A stretch of DNA of 63,696 nt, the filler included, from Asterionella formosa (Eukaryota): NCBI GenBank assembly GCA_002256025.1. It is 16 parts of 16 records of this genome, joined end to end, with 100 filler letters (N's around TTAATTAATTAA, not from the genome) between each part and the next. Parts side by side here need not be neighbours in the genome. Positions count along the whole stretch, not along the records: positions 23,982 to 27,873 come from NKIB01013849.1; positions 27,974 to 31,864 come from NKIB01013851.1; positions 31,965 to 35,849 come from NKIB01013852.1; positions 35,950 to 39,830 come from NKIB01013853.1; 12 more parts are not named here. The stretch is one strand, 5' to 3'. A program made the translations under genes and the position numbers. The notes under the pieces were generated by a model that had not been told where the DNA came from, did no database searches, and saw nothing but the letters and a program-made list of their open reading frames with translations. Shown here in pieces: positions 24,124-36,545 of the stretch. Numbering within the stretch: the first letter of the stretch is position 1; each line of letters opens with the position of its first letter.

Positions 24124-25326
24124 ATGTCATTACCACGGGGACGTCGAGCTTACGATCGCGTCAATGCGAGCGAGGAAGAGCCCGATGTTGCAGTCGCAAC
24201 TGAAGGGCAAGTAGCGGAAGAACAGCAAACGTTAACAGACGAGAACCCACCAACTACCGTATCATTCGACGAGCCACTTGCCAGCAACGGTGAAGGAGAC
24301 GGAGAATACATCAACGTCCTTGTAATGGACCCTGCCCAGACAAAGTTTGAAATCAGGGCACAAGCGGACTGGACCATTCAGAAATTTAAAGAAGTTTCAA
24401 TGACAGTTCACAAGGTTCCACCTTCTTCCCAGCGTTTGATTTACAGGGGCCAAATGCTTGCCGACCAGACGACTCTTAGAGATGCCGGTATCACCAAGGA
24501 CCATACGATCGTGCATTTGTTTCCAAAGCCAAGGGTAGTCGTAACTTCAGACGATCAAACACCCAACCAGCCGGAAGCAGCTAGTGGCGGTGCCCATATC
24601 CCTCAGATTGTTCTCGATCCTCATGAAGCCGAAATGAGAGCGTCGATTCTCGTGTTGGGATCGACAGAAGTCATGGAAGCTCAGAATAATGTCAAGCTTC
24701 TATCTTTTCTGCTGTTGATCATGTGCTCGATGGAATTATTGGCTCTTTTTACGATTATGCTCGGCGTCCCCGACGATCCTGCTGCTGAACTGACAGACGA
24801 TACTTCGCCCCCTCCTAGCGGAGACGATATCGTTCATAGCACTGGTGAGCCTCGCACATGGAGAAACTCTGACTATTTCGATTTGTTCTTATCTGCCTTT
24901 GGCTTTTATGTCGCGACACTTGGAATCAAAGCCACGACTGACAATACCCGCGCCCTATCACTTCGCTACTTGATAGGCACAGTCATCGTTGGCTGCTGTT
25001 GGAATGGATTTTATTACTATCTTACAGTTCAAGGTGAAAAGGAAGCAGACGCAAAGCGAATTGCTAATCATACCGATGATGCGATTCCGCCAATGACAAC
25101 TAGTGATTTCTACTCGCAGGCTTTTATTGCCATTCTTATACCTGGTATGGTTTGGGTGTTATGCTGCATTCGAGCATTTCAATTTCACTCTCTTTTACGT
25201 GAAGCTGAACAAGAAGCAGAAGGGCGAATTCGAGGTGAGTTGGATGTGGAAACAGGAACGCAGAATACGAGACCACCTCCAACCCAAGAGTTGGCATTGC
25301 AAAATGAAAACGCTAGTTTGACGTAG
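24124..25326 (+). CDS. Ubiquitin-like domain membrane protein
   Basis: Intact 400-aa ORF; Ubl motif VPPSSQRLIYRGQMLADQTTLRDAGI..HTIVHLF followed by about 4 TM helices. Confidence 0.85.
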   Translation: MSLPRGRRAYDRVNASEEEPDVAVATEGQVAEEQQTLTDENPPTTVSFDEPLASNGEGDGEYINVLVMDPAQTKFEIRAQADWTIQKFKEVSMTVHKVPPSSQRLIYRGQMLADQTTLRDAGITKDHTIVHLFPKPRVVVTSDDQTPNQPEAASGGAHIPQIVLDPHEAEMRASILVLGSTEVMEAQNNVKLLSFLLLIMCSMELLALFTIMLGVPDDPAAELTDDTSPPPSGDDIVHSTGEPRTWRNSDYFDLFLSAFGFYVATLGIKATTDNTRALSLRYLIGTVIVGCCWNGFYYYLTVQGEKEADAKRIANHTDDAIPPMTTSDFYSQAFIAILIPGMVWVLCCIRAFQFHSLLREAEQEAEGRIRGELDVETGTQNTRPPPTQELALQNENASLT

Positions 25327-26193
25327 CCGTCCACACATACCAACTGACGTTGAAGTTTTCATTGATTAGAAGTTGCAAAAGATGCTGTATAGTGCCTAGA
25401 TGGCGTCCTAATCTTATCATGACTTATTTCAATACCTTTGTCTTATTCCTTGGCCAGAATTTTCGTAGGCGGAATTTTGGACTTTTTGTCAGCTGTGATT
25501 AGAGCCTTTCGCATGTAGCTATGACGAGCCCCTGCTAAAGTAAGAAGCAACAGGAAGCTAACAGTACATCTAGTACCTACATTCCAGCGAAGTACTACCT
25601 ACGAAGCTATGACACAGACTAAATATGGAGAAAGACGAAATGGACGAGACGGTAATTGTGTCGAAGTTACTTCGCACCAGCAAGTTGCGGTGATTTGGCT
25701 TAATTAAACAATTTAATATAAGTTAAAGATAGCTAAATACACAGTTACAGCACAATTACCGCAGCTTGCAGGAGTGCAAACAAGTCCTCGTCTCCGGTAC
25801 CCCTAGTACCAGGGTACCAGGTACCAAGTAGTAGGTACTGTAGTAAGTACAGCCAATATGCAGAAGCCGCCCAGCAAGATTGATGACCCGTCTGACCGAC
25901 GGCTCCACGTTGCAAAATGAAACAAGCAACCCGGAAAATCTAAGTTGCTGGAGCACAGCATGTATACCAAGCCGATGATGCCGACAAAGCAGGCACAAAA
26001 ACTGCGTCTGTATTCATCCCAGACTACCATACCAGTACTTATAGCAGCCATCCTCGTCATCAGCAACCATCCGATTGATTGACTTTGCTCCAAGATTGAC
26101 TCCTGAGAACCTTCATCATAGCTCGACCATTGCCGCCTGCTATATTCCACATTGGACGACAAGCTCCTTTTGACCAGACGTTTTCATCCTAAA

Positions 26194-27374
26194 ATGGCAG
26201 GCTTCAACAAAATGTTCGTCATGATTCCCGTCATGCTGGCTGCAAGGAAGCTGGACGTGGAAGACCCCAACGTGATTTATTGGCTCAGAGTTATTTATGG
26301 CACTGTGCAGTCCATATTGGTGCTCGTGGTGGTATATGTCTACATTATGGCGTCGAGCATGAGTAAGGGAATGGATCAAATAGTCTATGTTCCGCCGCCA
26401 GTTCAGGTACGTCTCTGTTTTGTTTACAGTTAGAACCAGTTAAATTTTTGCGCGCTGTAGCTGCCCATGGGATAGACTGCACTAATATCTTTTACTTTCC
26501 ATTTCCAGCCTTTCGCAGACCCCAATGCAAAGAAAAAGTACACCGAAACGGTCTATGGAGGTAAGATTCGCGAATGGAAACTCGTGTGCATTACGTCTTG
26601 TGCCACTCCTTCAAAACTGACAATCTGAACTCAGCACACGTACTTAGTCAAGCCAGATCGTTGTTAGGAAGCACTTTGTTTGGTATTTGTATGACACTCG
26701 GTCTGCATTACTACCGAGGCATGGTGATTGGTCTAGCCATTCAGTCTATTATGGGACCTTTGAACTTGACGGACAATGCCGTAGTCAAGGCAATTCTAAT
26801 GGGAGGAAGCATTGGACCTGACAAGAAAATTTTCGATGAAAAGAATATTGATGAACTGACTGAAGAGGACGAAGTGGTAAATGCACAAGGTAATCCTGTT
26901 GTGAGGTCCATTATGAAGGCGGGAGAAAAAACCTTTGAAGATCTCTTGTTGGATACCTGGGATGCCGGTTCCAAAGCAGATGTGGGACCCTTGATGGCCG
27001 CTATCAACAGGAAGAATTGCAATTTCAAAACGAAAGAGAATGGATGGACTCCTCTTATGATTTTGTCGGGTTTAGGTGTGAAGGGAACAGCTAGTGCGAT
27101 TCGACAAGTAATTGAGTTGGGAGGCGACCCTGCTATTGTGGATGTAGAGGGATGGAATGCCATGCACTGGGCTGCTTTTCATGGATCTGTTGAAGCTGCC
27201 AAGGCCCTGCGTGATTCTGGGAAATTATTTGCCGTCAAGGACAAGGAAGGGAAAACACCTCTCGTGCAAGCTCGGGCGGAGGGAAATGATGATGTTGCTG
27301 CGATTCTGGAGGAACTCGAAGCGGCTGAAATAGTTGACGACAAGAAGGATGATGGACTTCGAAAACGCAAATAG
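26194..27374 (+). CDS. PHO88: Pho88/Snd3-family protein fused to C-terminal ankyrin repeats; exons 26194-26406, 26509-26560, 26635-27374
   Basis: MLAARKLDVEDPNVIYWLRVIY and LHYYRG..LAIQSIMGPL match the Pho88 pattern; two GT-AG introns keep frame; GWTPLM, GWNAMHWAA and GKTPL ankyrin motifs. Confidence 0.82.
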
Positions 27375-27973
27375 ACCAATCATTAGGTTCATCTTTTGGA
27401 ATTATCAACAATACACTTACTGAGCACGGGATTTGACTGGACTCTGAAAAGAAACGCGAAACGTAACGCAAGTATTTACTTTTTTGTTTGCTTATTTTCT
27501 TGACTGCTTCTCGAGACAGTGCACAATTTAGTATTGGTGGGCCCTAATCAGACCAAGATATTTCTCGATATAGCGAGAGAGACTACTATACATGGATAGT
27601 TTATTGTCAGTTGGTTTAAAAAATTGAAGCAGACTACCGGTACTTTTAACTGTTCGATTTATACAACGCAACTAAATAGTCAATACCGGTTACATTGGTC
27701 ATCATGATGAAAACACTTGACTACGGTAGGCAAGAGGGAGCACCAAAGACGTATAACCTGGCCGCCATCCGCCCAGTGTTGTCCACGATGTACTATAACA
27801 AACAGTTCCAACGTAACGTAGGTATTCCTCAACTTTTTTACTCCGTACCGGGTACATACTGTATTGTACTCCGNNNNNNNNNNNNNNNNNNNNNNNNNNN
27901 NNNNNNNNNNNNNNNNNTTAATTAATTAANNNNNNNNNNNNNNNNNNNNNNNNNNNNNNNNNNNNNNNNNNNN

Positions 27974-28103
27974 TCCAGTCATTTGTCAATAAGTAAACAT
28001 CTCCAGTCATTTGTCAATAAATGTCGAAATGTTTTGGGTCTTGGTTTCTAATCACTACTAAGAATATTGATTCTCGATTCGTTGGATTCCATATATTTTA
28101 TCA
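27974..28103 (-). mobile_element. Copia LTR fragment, same family as 43084-43505
   Basis: Near-identical to about 43385-43505 and ends at the same TGATAAAA terminus. Confidence 0.9.
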
Positions 28104-28156
28104 AGTTACTAGCTCACCTTCTGAGGTGGCGGGTTTGATTCCCGCATTCTCCACCA
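28104..28156 (+). repeat. tRNA-derived repeat, 5'-truncated at the LTR
   Basis: CACCTTCTGAGGTG then GCGGG-TTTGATT-CCCGC, matching 20724-20790. Confidence 0.55.
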
Positions 28157-28389
28157 GCTTAGTTTATGTATTCCCTTGGGTTTTTGTGGGTGGTGAGGCA
28201 GATAACAACAAGTAGCAGGTCTAAGGCCCTCTTGGGGTCCAAGTGCGCGCGGCTTCAAAGCCTCCACAATTATCGAGTTCTTTAACAATAGCATACTTTA
28301 AAATGCACTCCCTCTGTTCTGGTATACCTGCAAACTACCTTTAGGTCACTGCCTCACATGAAGTGCGACCTCCAATTATTCTCCATCTA

Positions 28390-28637
28390 GTAGCCCCCCT
28401 TATTTCTCCTGCTAGCTGAATCAAATCAGTAACTTGATGAGGAGCATATCGATCTTCCAAGTACTGCCAGGCAAGAAAAGCATCTCCATCCATCAAATCA
28501 TCTGTCTTGGCAGAATTCACAATCCCAAATGCAATCCCACTGACACTAAGAATCAATAGCTGATATGCCTTGTCATTCAACTCATACTTCTTCTTCTCGT
28601 CATCATCAGTAGACACCAAATAGGCATCATCGTCGAT
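28390..28637 (-). pseudogene. Copia gag fragment, family of 42473-43072
   Basis: STDDDEKKKYELNDKAYQLLILSVSG..DRYAPHQVTD almost identical to the other copy. Confidence 0.92.
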
Positions 28638-29624
28638 CGGTACAGTGTACTAACTAGCCGTTAGAGTGCTTTAGCGATAGTACAGCATACGAGCTTGGAC
28701 AGCGAATGCGCTAGAACGGCGTAGGTATATATATCTTTAAGATTATGTTTTCAAACTTTCTCTTTCTTTCCTTTTGCACCATGTAAGTTGTTCTGCCGAC
28801 CACTCTAGCGTATTTATTCGGTTTAACAAACCCATGCTCTACCGATGACCACTTGAGTTATCTTTGAATCGGAGAAGAGCGTACAGTGCGAGCGATTAGG
28901 AGCGTCGAATTCGAACCATCGAGGACGAGGCGTCTGGCGTCACATGTTTGTAACGAATTTTTCATATTCAGTATGTAGTGTCACGTGTGCATACCGAATT
29001 TGGATGATGGCGATCATTCGCAGGCGTCAGTGACCGTGTGCACTCGAGTCGTACCGATGGGTATCCGCAGGCGACCATCGAGCGATAGCGATTGTGGCCG
29101 TAGTTGAACTGATCACTCAACAACGGCATTGGCATAACTGTGCTGCCTGCACACAAGTACTATTTGTTACAGCGAGAATCCACTGACGACATGCGTTTGC
29201 ATTTGCGAATTACTACCATTCTCTTTTCCCAGCAAATCTACTCATTATCATGGCGAATAACTTGGTCGGAGTCTCCCACGTTCTGTTGGCAATCGGTTTT
29301 GAGGTCGCTGTCGAACGTACGAACATCATGGCAGCAGGTATTAGCGAGTTTGAGGATTTCCGTTATCTAATCGAAAAGGACATTCGTGACATGGCGGACG
29401 AATTTGGGAAGCGTAGCATGGCAAACGGTAAGATTGTTTTTGGACTTGCAGAGCTCCGGCTTATCTGCCACAGTCGCTCAACTCAGATACCAGCTCAATA
29501 CAACCGGTATTACCTTTACTGTCGCAGCGAACCATTTAAACTCTGAGGTGTCACAAATGCCTGATTATCAGCTATCCAGACGAATTAACGCAACAAACAC
29601 AACCGGCCGTGGCGGACATCGTGG
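28638..29624 (+). mobile_element. Internally deleted CoDi-type copia copy (LTR/leader and gag pieces)
   Basis: Matches the reverse complement of 12848-14525 with about 690 bp missing at 29448. Confidence 0.9.
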
Positions 29625-30245
29625 CGTCTGCAAATAAAAACTATCATATTTCCATCATGCATCATAGGATTGTGATCATCTGATCATAATTTTTCGTTAT
29701 ATCATCTAGGAATATAAATGCCTTTGTAATTTAAATAGTAACCCTTTTGACTACATATATTTAATTATTATATGTATTGATTCTACTTGATTCCTGTATT
29801 CGAATTTCTTCGTAGGATAATGTACCAGTTCAAGTAATGTAATTTGGCTCGTCATTTCCATCCGTCATCACTCCGAGTTTTGCAACAACAACGAAATACT
29901 AGCGATGACAAGCGGAATGAATGTTTGCGATAACGTCTTCAATTTGTTGGTCAAGTGATCATTATATCTTCGAGTAATCGTCATGTGCAGTGAACCTTTG
30001 TTCATAATCATTCAATTAAGAGTTTACAGGAGAGAAGAAATCATTCGAACTCGTAATGGTTCCGCACACAGCGCACAAAGTATATCCGTTTCGTCCACTT
30101 CAGCACGACAATCTCGCCAATCAACTCGATAAACAAACACATTCTACTTGTTCTCGTTGAAATTTTCAATTCTCACATGATACTGCATCTACTATTGAGA
30201 TTCATCATAGAAAGAGATACGAAAATGTGCGTAACAGACTACTGG
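29625..30245 (+). mobile_element. Putative DNA transposon end B (CGTCTGCAAATAAAAA...)
   Basis: Interrupts the copia gag; inner part matches about 56560-57047 on the opposite strand. Confidence 0.6.
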
Positions 30246-31379
30246 GTCTGCAAATAAAAAGTATCATGCATATAGGATCAAGGGTATCGTACGCTAAGTG
30301 GCACAGGATTTTCGTATATATGATAATTTTTGGATCAAAAATATGATCAAGGTATCTTGTATCTATGATGATTTATTAATATGTTACCAACCTTGAAGTA
30401 AATTGATAATAAGAGCATTATCATCACACAATGTATATAAACTGATCAACAACATTTCTCCTACATTTCTCGTCAATATCATAAACCTTCTCATATTATT
30501 TTCACTTCTTGTGATCGCCCGATGTAAATTATAACTACAATGCATCCTAAAATCAGCTAAACTATATGATATCATGTGAATTTTTTCATCATATATCTAT
30601 CTTAAACATGATCATAAAAGTAATCACAAGGATTGTTAAAAAAGGATTGGAACGGATCTTAATTTAACTATCAAATTTAGCATTGCTATCTATGATTTTA
30701 CAGGCCAGCGACCCGACGTCTCTCTCTACTTGGCTCAATGTATATTGTTCCTGTCTCGCGCTTTCCTTCCTCTATTCTGAATCTTGTGTGAGGCAGTGCC
30801 AACTAATGGTTGCGACTCTTTTCCTGCTGTTGGTGTCACTCTGAACTCGCCGACTATTCCGTTGTTTGATTATTTTTTTTGTCCTATGCATGCAGTTACA
30901 GTTACAATGAGAAGGAATGATTTGTTAGCTAGTCATGTTACATTGACACAACGATTTTCATGCTGCAGCAGGCATTGTTTGTTAACATGACAGAATGATT
31001 TAAAAAATATATATGCCATGAATATAGTAATAAAATTTGTAAATATATATATAAATATATATCAAGTGTTGTCTACATTTATAAAATTCAAAGGCGCTCT
31101 CGATATGGAACATCTGATATTGTTGAGATGATCATACTCGCATACTATACATAATTCGAAATTACTCAATGCACTATATGTCCATTGTTTTCCACGACTA
31201 CGTGTACCGGTATTGTTTCTGAAATTTGTTTGCATCGATATATTCTCTGTCCGTTGAAACTAATTATTTAGACCATTCAATTGGTGTAAGTCATAACCGC
31301 AAGGGTTTTGGTAGCAAATTTTTTAAGCCCCTTTTTTGGGCGGGAGCTCTTCATGTGTACTGATACATCATATGACAAT
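30246..31379 (+). mobile_element. Putative DNA transposon end A plus the non-coding repeat
   Basis: GTCTGCAAATAAAAAGTATCATGCATATAGGATCAAGGG matches the minus strand at 55142-54877 and leads into the 15992-17500 repeat. Confidence 0.7.
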
Positions 31380-31864
31380 GGGCGCGCTCTGATAATAAAA
31401 AATTATTATATCATGTGTATTATGACAAAAATCGTTGTACCCATAACCCCAAAATTTGTGTTTGTGTTGACCAAATTTGGTAAACCTGGTAAGCACGATC
31501 ATTATTTTAATATGTATATGCTTATAATTTTATTACCATTTTTTGCCTACCAGGTTTACCAAATTTGGTCAACACAAACACAAATTTTTTACAGTTATAA
31601 ATAACAGTGCATTATAAAAAAAGATGTTTAGACATGAATGACTATATAGAATTTCCCGGAATATTTCAAGACTTGCTTGCTCATACTCAAAATGGCTTGC
31701 TCTTGCCAAAATAGGTATGCATATACATATGCATATCGTTACATATCAATCAACCTCCTCAATAAATCGATCGTCATCGCTTTTAGATTTCGGCCATGTC
31801 TTCATCTTCTTCTAGTCAAAGGAGAGCAGCCAGGGAGGGCTTCCCTTCCTCGTCTCCAAGGCTG
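31380..31864. mobile_element. End of a Harbinger-like element (TIR GGGCGCGCTCTGATAATAAAAAA)
   Basis: First 45 bp or so shared with 35607 and 62796, then different sequence; inserted after AAT in the non-coding repeat (empty site at about 17094). Confidence 0.75.
31451..31588. repeat. Perfect 41-bp inverted repeat with 56-bp AT-rich spacer
   Basis: AAAATTTGTGTTTGTGTTGACCAAATTTGGTAAACCTGGTA (31451-31491) and its reverse complement (31548-31588). Confidence 0.92.
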
Positions 31865-31967
31865 NNNNNNNNNNNNNNNNNNNNNNNNNNNNNNNNNNNN
31901 NNNNNNNNTTAATTAATTAANNNNNNNNNNNNNNNNNNNNNNNNNNNNNNNNNNNNNNNNNNNNTCC

Positions 31968-32180
31968 CTGGTATGGAGTATATAATAGGTACTCTGATAC
32001 TTCGGAGCTCCAGAGTACTTGAGGAAGTCTCGAGTACCAGTACAGCTGGTACGGCGGAATATGTACCTGATAGCTGGTACGGAGTATGTAACAGGTACTC
32101 TGATACTTCGGAGCTTCGGAGTACTTGAGGAAGTCTCGAGTATCGGTACAGCTGGTACGGCGGAATATGTACCGGGTACC
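31968..32180 (+). repeat. GTAC-rich tandem duplication of about 106 bp
   Basis: AGGTACTCTGATACTTCGGAGCT..GAGTACTTGAGGAAGTCTCGAGTA..TACAGCTGGTACGGCGGAATATGTACC occurs twice. Confidence 0.88.
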
Positions 32181-33644
32181 TTGTACCTTGTACGCAGTGA
32201 TAATTAAGTAAGTAGTGTAGCCTATGTACCGTACGGAAGCTTGGTCTGCTTACTGTACGTGGATGGTGCTGTGGATGGGACGATCAGCGATTCGGTTGTA
32301 CAATGAAGTAGATTGCACTACGTAGGTTTGTACGGTCGAAATTGCTATGACGAAAACACAAGTGATAACTTGCTCAATATCTTTGTCCGCCCCGCCCTAA
32401 TATGTATCAATGAACGTGGATGGTCTATCCAGATACCAAGGATGCCAGTCACAGTGAAATGATTGATTTTCGTATCACAATTTCGCTGTAGCAATAACAG
32501 TGACGAAACGAAAAACGAAAAAGCAAGTACCAGGTACGATGATTGGCCTTGGTGCTTCTGGTTCACAAGTGAACCGCACGACACCCAGTTAGATAAACCC
32601 CGTAGCCGGCAACTATCGATGTACTGTAGATCAATAGTGCAACAAAGTAGTGCGTAGGTTTGCGATTACGAAAGGTTTGCGATTACGAACGACGATCACC
32701 ACGTAGTGTAATAATTCCATAGCGGAAGATCTGACTCAACGAGAACGAACTACCGGAGTAGTGTATTGTGGTAACTGGTAAATAGTACTTATGAAACACT
32801 CGTGCACAGATGATCGTTTACAGTAGAGTATTTTCGTAGCCAAAGTGTGAAGATATGAAAACGATTCACGACGAAAAAAGAAAAACGCCGTTGACGATGT
32901 GTTGAGAATGAAAAGCAGGCAACCTTTGAATGTCAAATAGCACTCTTTTGATAAAGATTACTCAATACACTTGTCTACTTCTGCTGTGTAGTGTAGTATA
33001 TAGATAGACAGATGTAGCAGCCAAATGAATGATGCGAAAACAATCGAAAGCGAACGAGATTTTTCGATCGGCGCCGACAGTGAGATCGAATTAACAATCA
33101 ACAATTTCGTTTCTTTCAAGGAAACAGCATGGGCTCATAACCTGCAGTGAAAGAGGGGACGAGAGAGATCGACGAGGTCGATGAACGAGGAGACGATAGA
33201 GGAGGGGAGTCCGATAACTAACCTGACAAGCTCAAAAGGAGATTGGAAGGTGTGTTTGTTAAAAGAGTGATTAGATTAAGTTAATATAGAAGAACGATGA
33301 TTTATGCATAGGTACTGTCAGACAAACAGACACAGACATATACTGACACGTCATGTAAAGAGGTGATTCACAACAATAATTAGTTGTCCTACTTCAAAAT
33401 TGAATACCAATTCTTTCTTTGTAGTCAAAGAATATATTATATCGGTAAGTTTAAAATATAACTCAATTCATTGAGTTACCGGTAATACATTTGCCCCATT
33501 TTAATGAATCCATTTCTTTTTGGTTCCCATTTGGTTATATTGCATGATCACTTAGTAGTAGTAGTACCATAATAGCAGTGATATCTGTCATGTTGTAATT
33601 TCTGTGACATATCATTATGCAAAATAACTTACCAACGAGCAACA

Positions 33645-35018
33645 ATGGTGATCTCGAACAGCCTATGTGCATCCCAACTTGGGAGAATGATCCCCATTCT
33701 TCCAGTCCCACTTCTTGAGAACACATATCGGGTTGTGGTTGAATGGAGACTTCGAGTACTGCTTGATCAGCATTGTGACCACACTCATCGTATTTTACTT
33801 CGTCATTTCCTACGAGGTCATGTCGAAGATACCGTGAATGCGGACCTTGATAGTTTATTGGACGTCATGTTTAGGAGACTGGAGTCAGTGAATTCGTCAC
33901 CTTTCATTAAAAAGAAGGGTGGAAAGAAGATTGGATGGCATGCACTTGTTATTGATCATAGCAATGTCAAGTTTGCTAGAAGCTTTGTTGATGAGGTTTG
34001 GCCTTCGAACCAATGTGACCGCATTAAACATCTCAACATTTTCTTACCAAAAGTTGCAGACGCAATGAAAACTGTTCATTTGATTATTGATGATGATTTC
34101 ATGCTACAGATTGAAGGGACTCTATCTTCCAAGATATTTTTGTTGAATTTGTCTTTCCTTCCGGACCAATTTTTCGGAACAAAAGATTGTCCTTTTCTTG
34201 ACCTGGGCTTTAAACAAATTTTGGAGCAACTCAGAAATGATGAGGCTACCAATTCACTCATCAAGAAAACATTCGGTTCTAAAACTATAATCTGTCGTGA
34301 TTGATATAGGCAAATGACAGGCAAGGTAATGTCATTGATTGCCTATGGAGCATTCACTGACAAGATGATGATCTCGAATACATTACTTTCCAACAACATC
34401 GACATGTTTTGGAAAACTTTGTCTATGGTCATTCCCGGTTCTGTGCTGCAATCACTTGTAAGTGATGCAACATATGTCAGAAAGAGTATGCCTCACACCT
34501 GTACATTGTTGCACACTGCTGTAAATCACTGTAATGTTCCTCAGGAGCCACATTTTGACTATCAGCATGCAGAACTGGTAGTCAATGACTTCGAAAAGTG
34601 CCTTCCTTGGGGATTGGATATGTCCCTAGGTGCTGTTGGTTTCTCTATAAATGTCTGGGATGGCGAGTCATTTGAGTCTAACCTCAATTTAGATCGAAAA
34701 GGTAAATGTAAAGCGGAATTCAAGCAACATGCCATGGAACATGTAAAACAACATGCAATGCTTCTTCGCATTCCCTTCAAGTACATCTTCTTAATGCGAG
34801 GTGATACGGTTCATGCAGGTGCTATGGATAATCACCTAACAAATGGTGCATTGAGACTTCACATGTATTTGTCGCCTGGTTCCACTCCACAGCGAAACTC
34901 AGTTGCTATTTGCAAAAGATTCGGAAATGCCATTAACACAAAAGCAAATGGTACGGAGCGTATCCCTCCATCACTAGTTTCGTTTTTGTTTGATTCCTAT
35001 GGGGAAAGATGGAAGTAA
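33645..35018 (+). pseudogene. 2OG-Fe(II) dioxygenase-like gene with one in-frame TGA (34302-34304)
   Basis: Two same-frame ORFs; QEPHFD (HxD), MRGDTVHAG (distal His) and LRLHMY (Arg) motifs. Confidence 0.6.
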
Positions 35019-35606
35019 GAATTTTTTTTACTCATAAATAGTTACTAACAAAATGGTTATTTGTTTTTAATCAAGTAGTACAGCTATTTGCAAATAACCG
35101 CTGCTGGTGTCGTTTCTTTTGCTCCATTGACCAAGTCGGACAGAAGTGTCATGTTTTTGACAAGTCTCTTCGTTCCAACCACTCCTCATATTCAAAACCG
35201 TTTGATTCGTCGTTGTGGCAAGTTTTTTGTGCACTCGAATAATGGGAATTCATAGTAAGAAACTCCTTGTTCCTTGCCGTTTTTACAACGCTAGCGATGT
35301 TTTCTCCGAACTTGGGTTAAGCCGTGGCCGCAACCTGGAAGTAGTGTACTACACTCCGGTACTCCACGGGAGCTTGGTATGTTTACTTGTTGACTGTTGA
35401 TGAGATGATCATCAATTATTCGCTTGTCCAGTGAATCGGATTGAACGATGTAGGTATGTACAGTCGAAATTGCTAGGACAGAAAGAGAAGGAGCTTTTAT
35501 TTGGCCGCCCGGCTCTAAATAATCTGTACCAACGAACGTGAATGGTCTACCGCAATCACAGTGAAAATATTGATTTCGGTTTCATAATGTCGCGGTACCA
35601 GGTAGT

Positions 35607-35849
35607 GGGCGCGCTCTGATAATAAAAAATTTTTATATCATGTGTGTATTATAACACAAATTATTCTGGTGATCTGCTACATAATATTGTCCTTGCGCTC
35701 TGATAATAGAAATATTTTAGATTACTTCTCTGACATTATATATATTTTTAACTTTAATTTTCAACAGTTAAATTTTCATATCGATGCATCCTCTTGTATG
35801 CTATGCCGCCTCTTGTTCATTATATGCATGCGTTCTATATATTCATCAT
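35607..35849 (+). mobile_element. Left end of Harbinger-like element, near-identical to 62796-63038
   Basis: 243 bp with only a few substitutions; preceded by AGT. Confidence 0.88.
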
Positions 35850-35949
35850 NNNNNNNNNNNNNNNNNNNNNNNNNNNNNNNNNNNNNNNNNNNNTTAATTA
35901 ATTAANNNNNNNNNNNNNNNNNNNNNNNNNNNNNNNNNNNNNNNNNNNN

Positions 35950-36545
35950 GTAATGCTTGTTGCTTGTTTGGTAATGGCTACAGACGCCGGAATCAAGCTT
36001 TGCAAGGATAAGGTTGGAATGTCAATGCAGGAAATAAAAGACATCCAAATAATTTTCGAGGGCATGGTTTGTTATAATTCCTGGTTCAGCCAAGAAAGTT
36101 ATGATGTACATCGATTGATGGAAATTGATTGTCGATCCATTGTCAAGTACTACACAAAATTAGTCAAGATTTTCCCAAGAGAAACGACAGAGCAAGGCTG
36201 GAAAATGACAAAGTTTCATCAGCAGATGCATACTGTCCGAAATATCGAACGGTTTGGCAGTCCGCAAGTTTTCAATGGTGGACCAATGGAAAAAAATTTA
36301 AAATTCCTTTGCAAGTTACCAGCTAAAACATCTCAAAAACGACATCACCTAATGGACCTTCAATCTGGACAACGAATTATCGAAAACATTGCCATAGGTG
36401 TTGCATGTCGGGAATTTTTGGGAAAAGATCCTTTTGAACATGACGATACAGATTCGCTCGCCGATGATGGTTCTACTAATGAAACACCAAGCACTGGGAC
36501 TGACAGTATAAGCACATCTACAGGTGGTGCACGCTTTATATTCAT
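35950..36545 (+). pseudogene. Plavaka-like transposase, family B, C-terminal part
   Basis: Near-identical to 11585-11896 and extends it: FGSPQVFNGGPMEKNLKFLCKLPAKTSQKR. Confidence 0.75.

Noticed and set aside
34302..34304. Selenocysteine or programmed readthrough at the in-frame TGA
   Set aside because: No SECIS or readthrough signal recognised; a nonsense mutation is simpler in this decaying context
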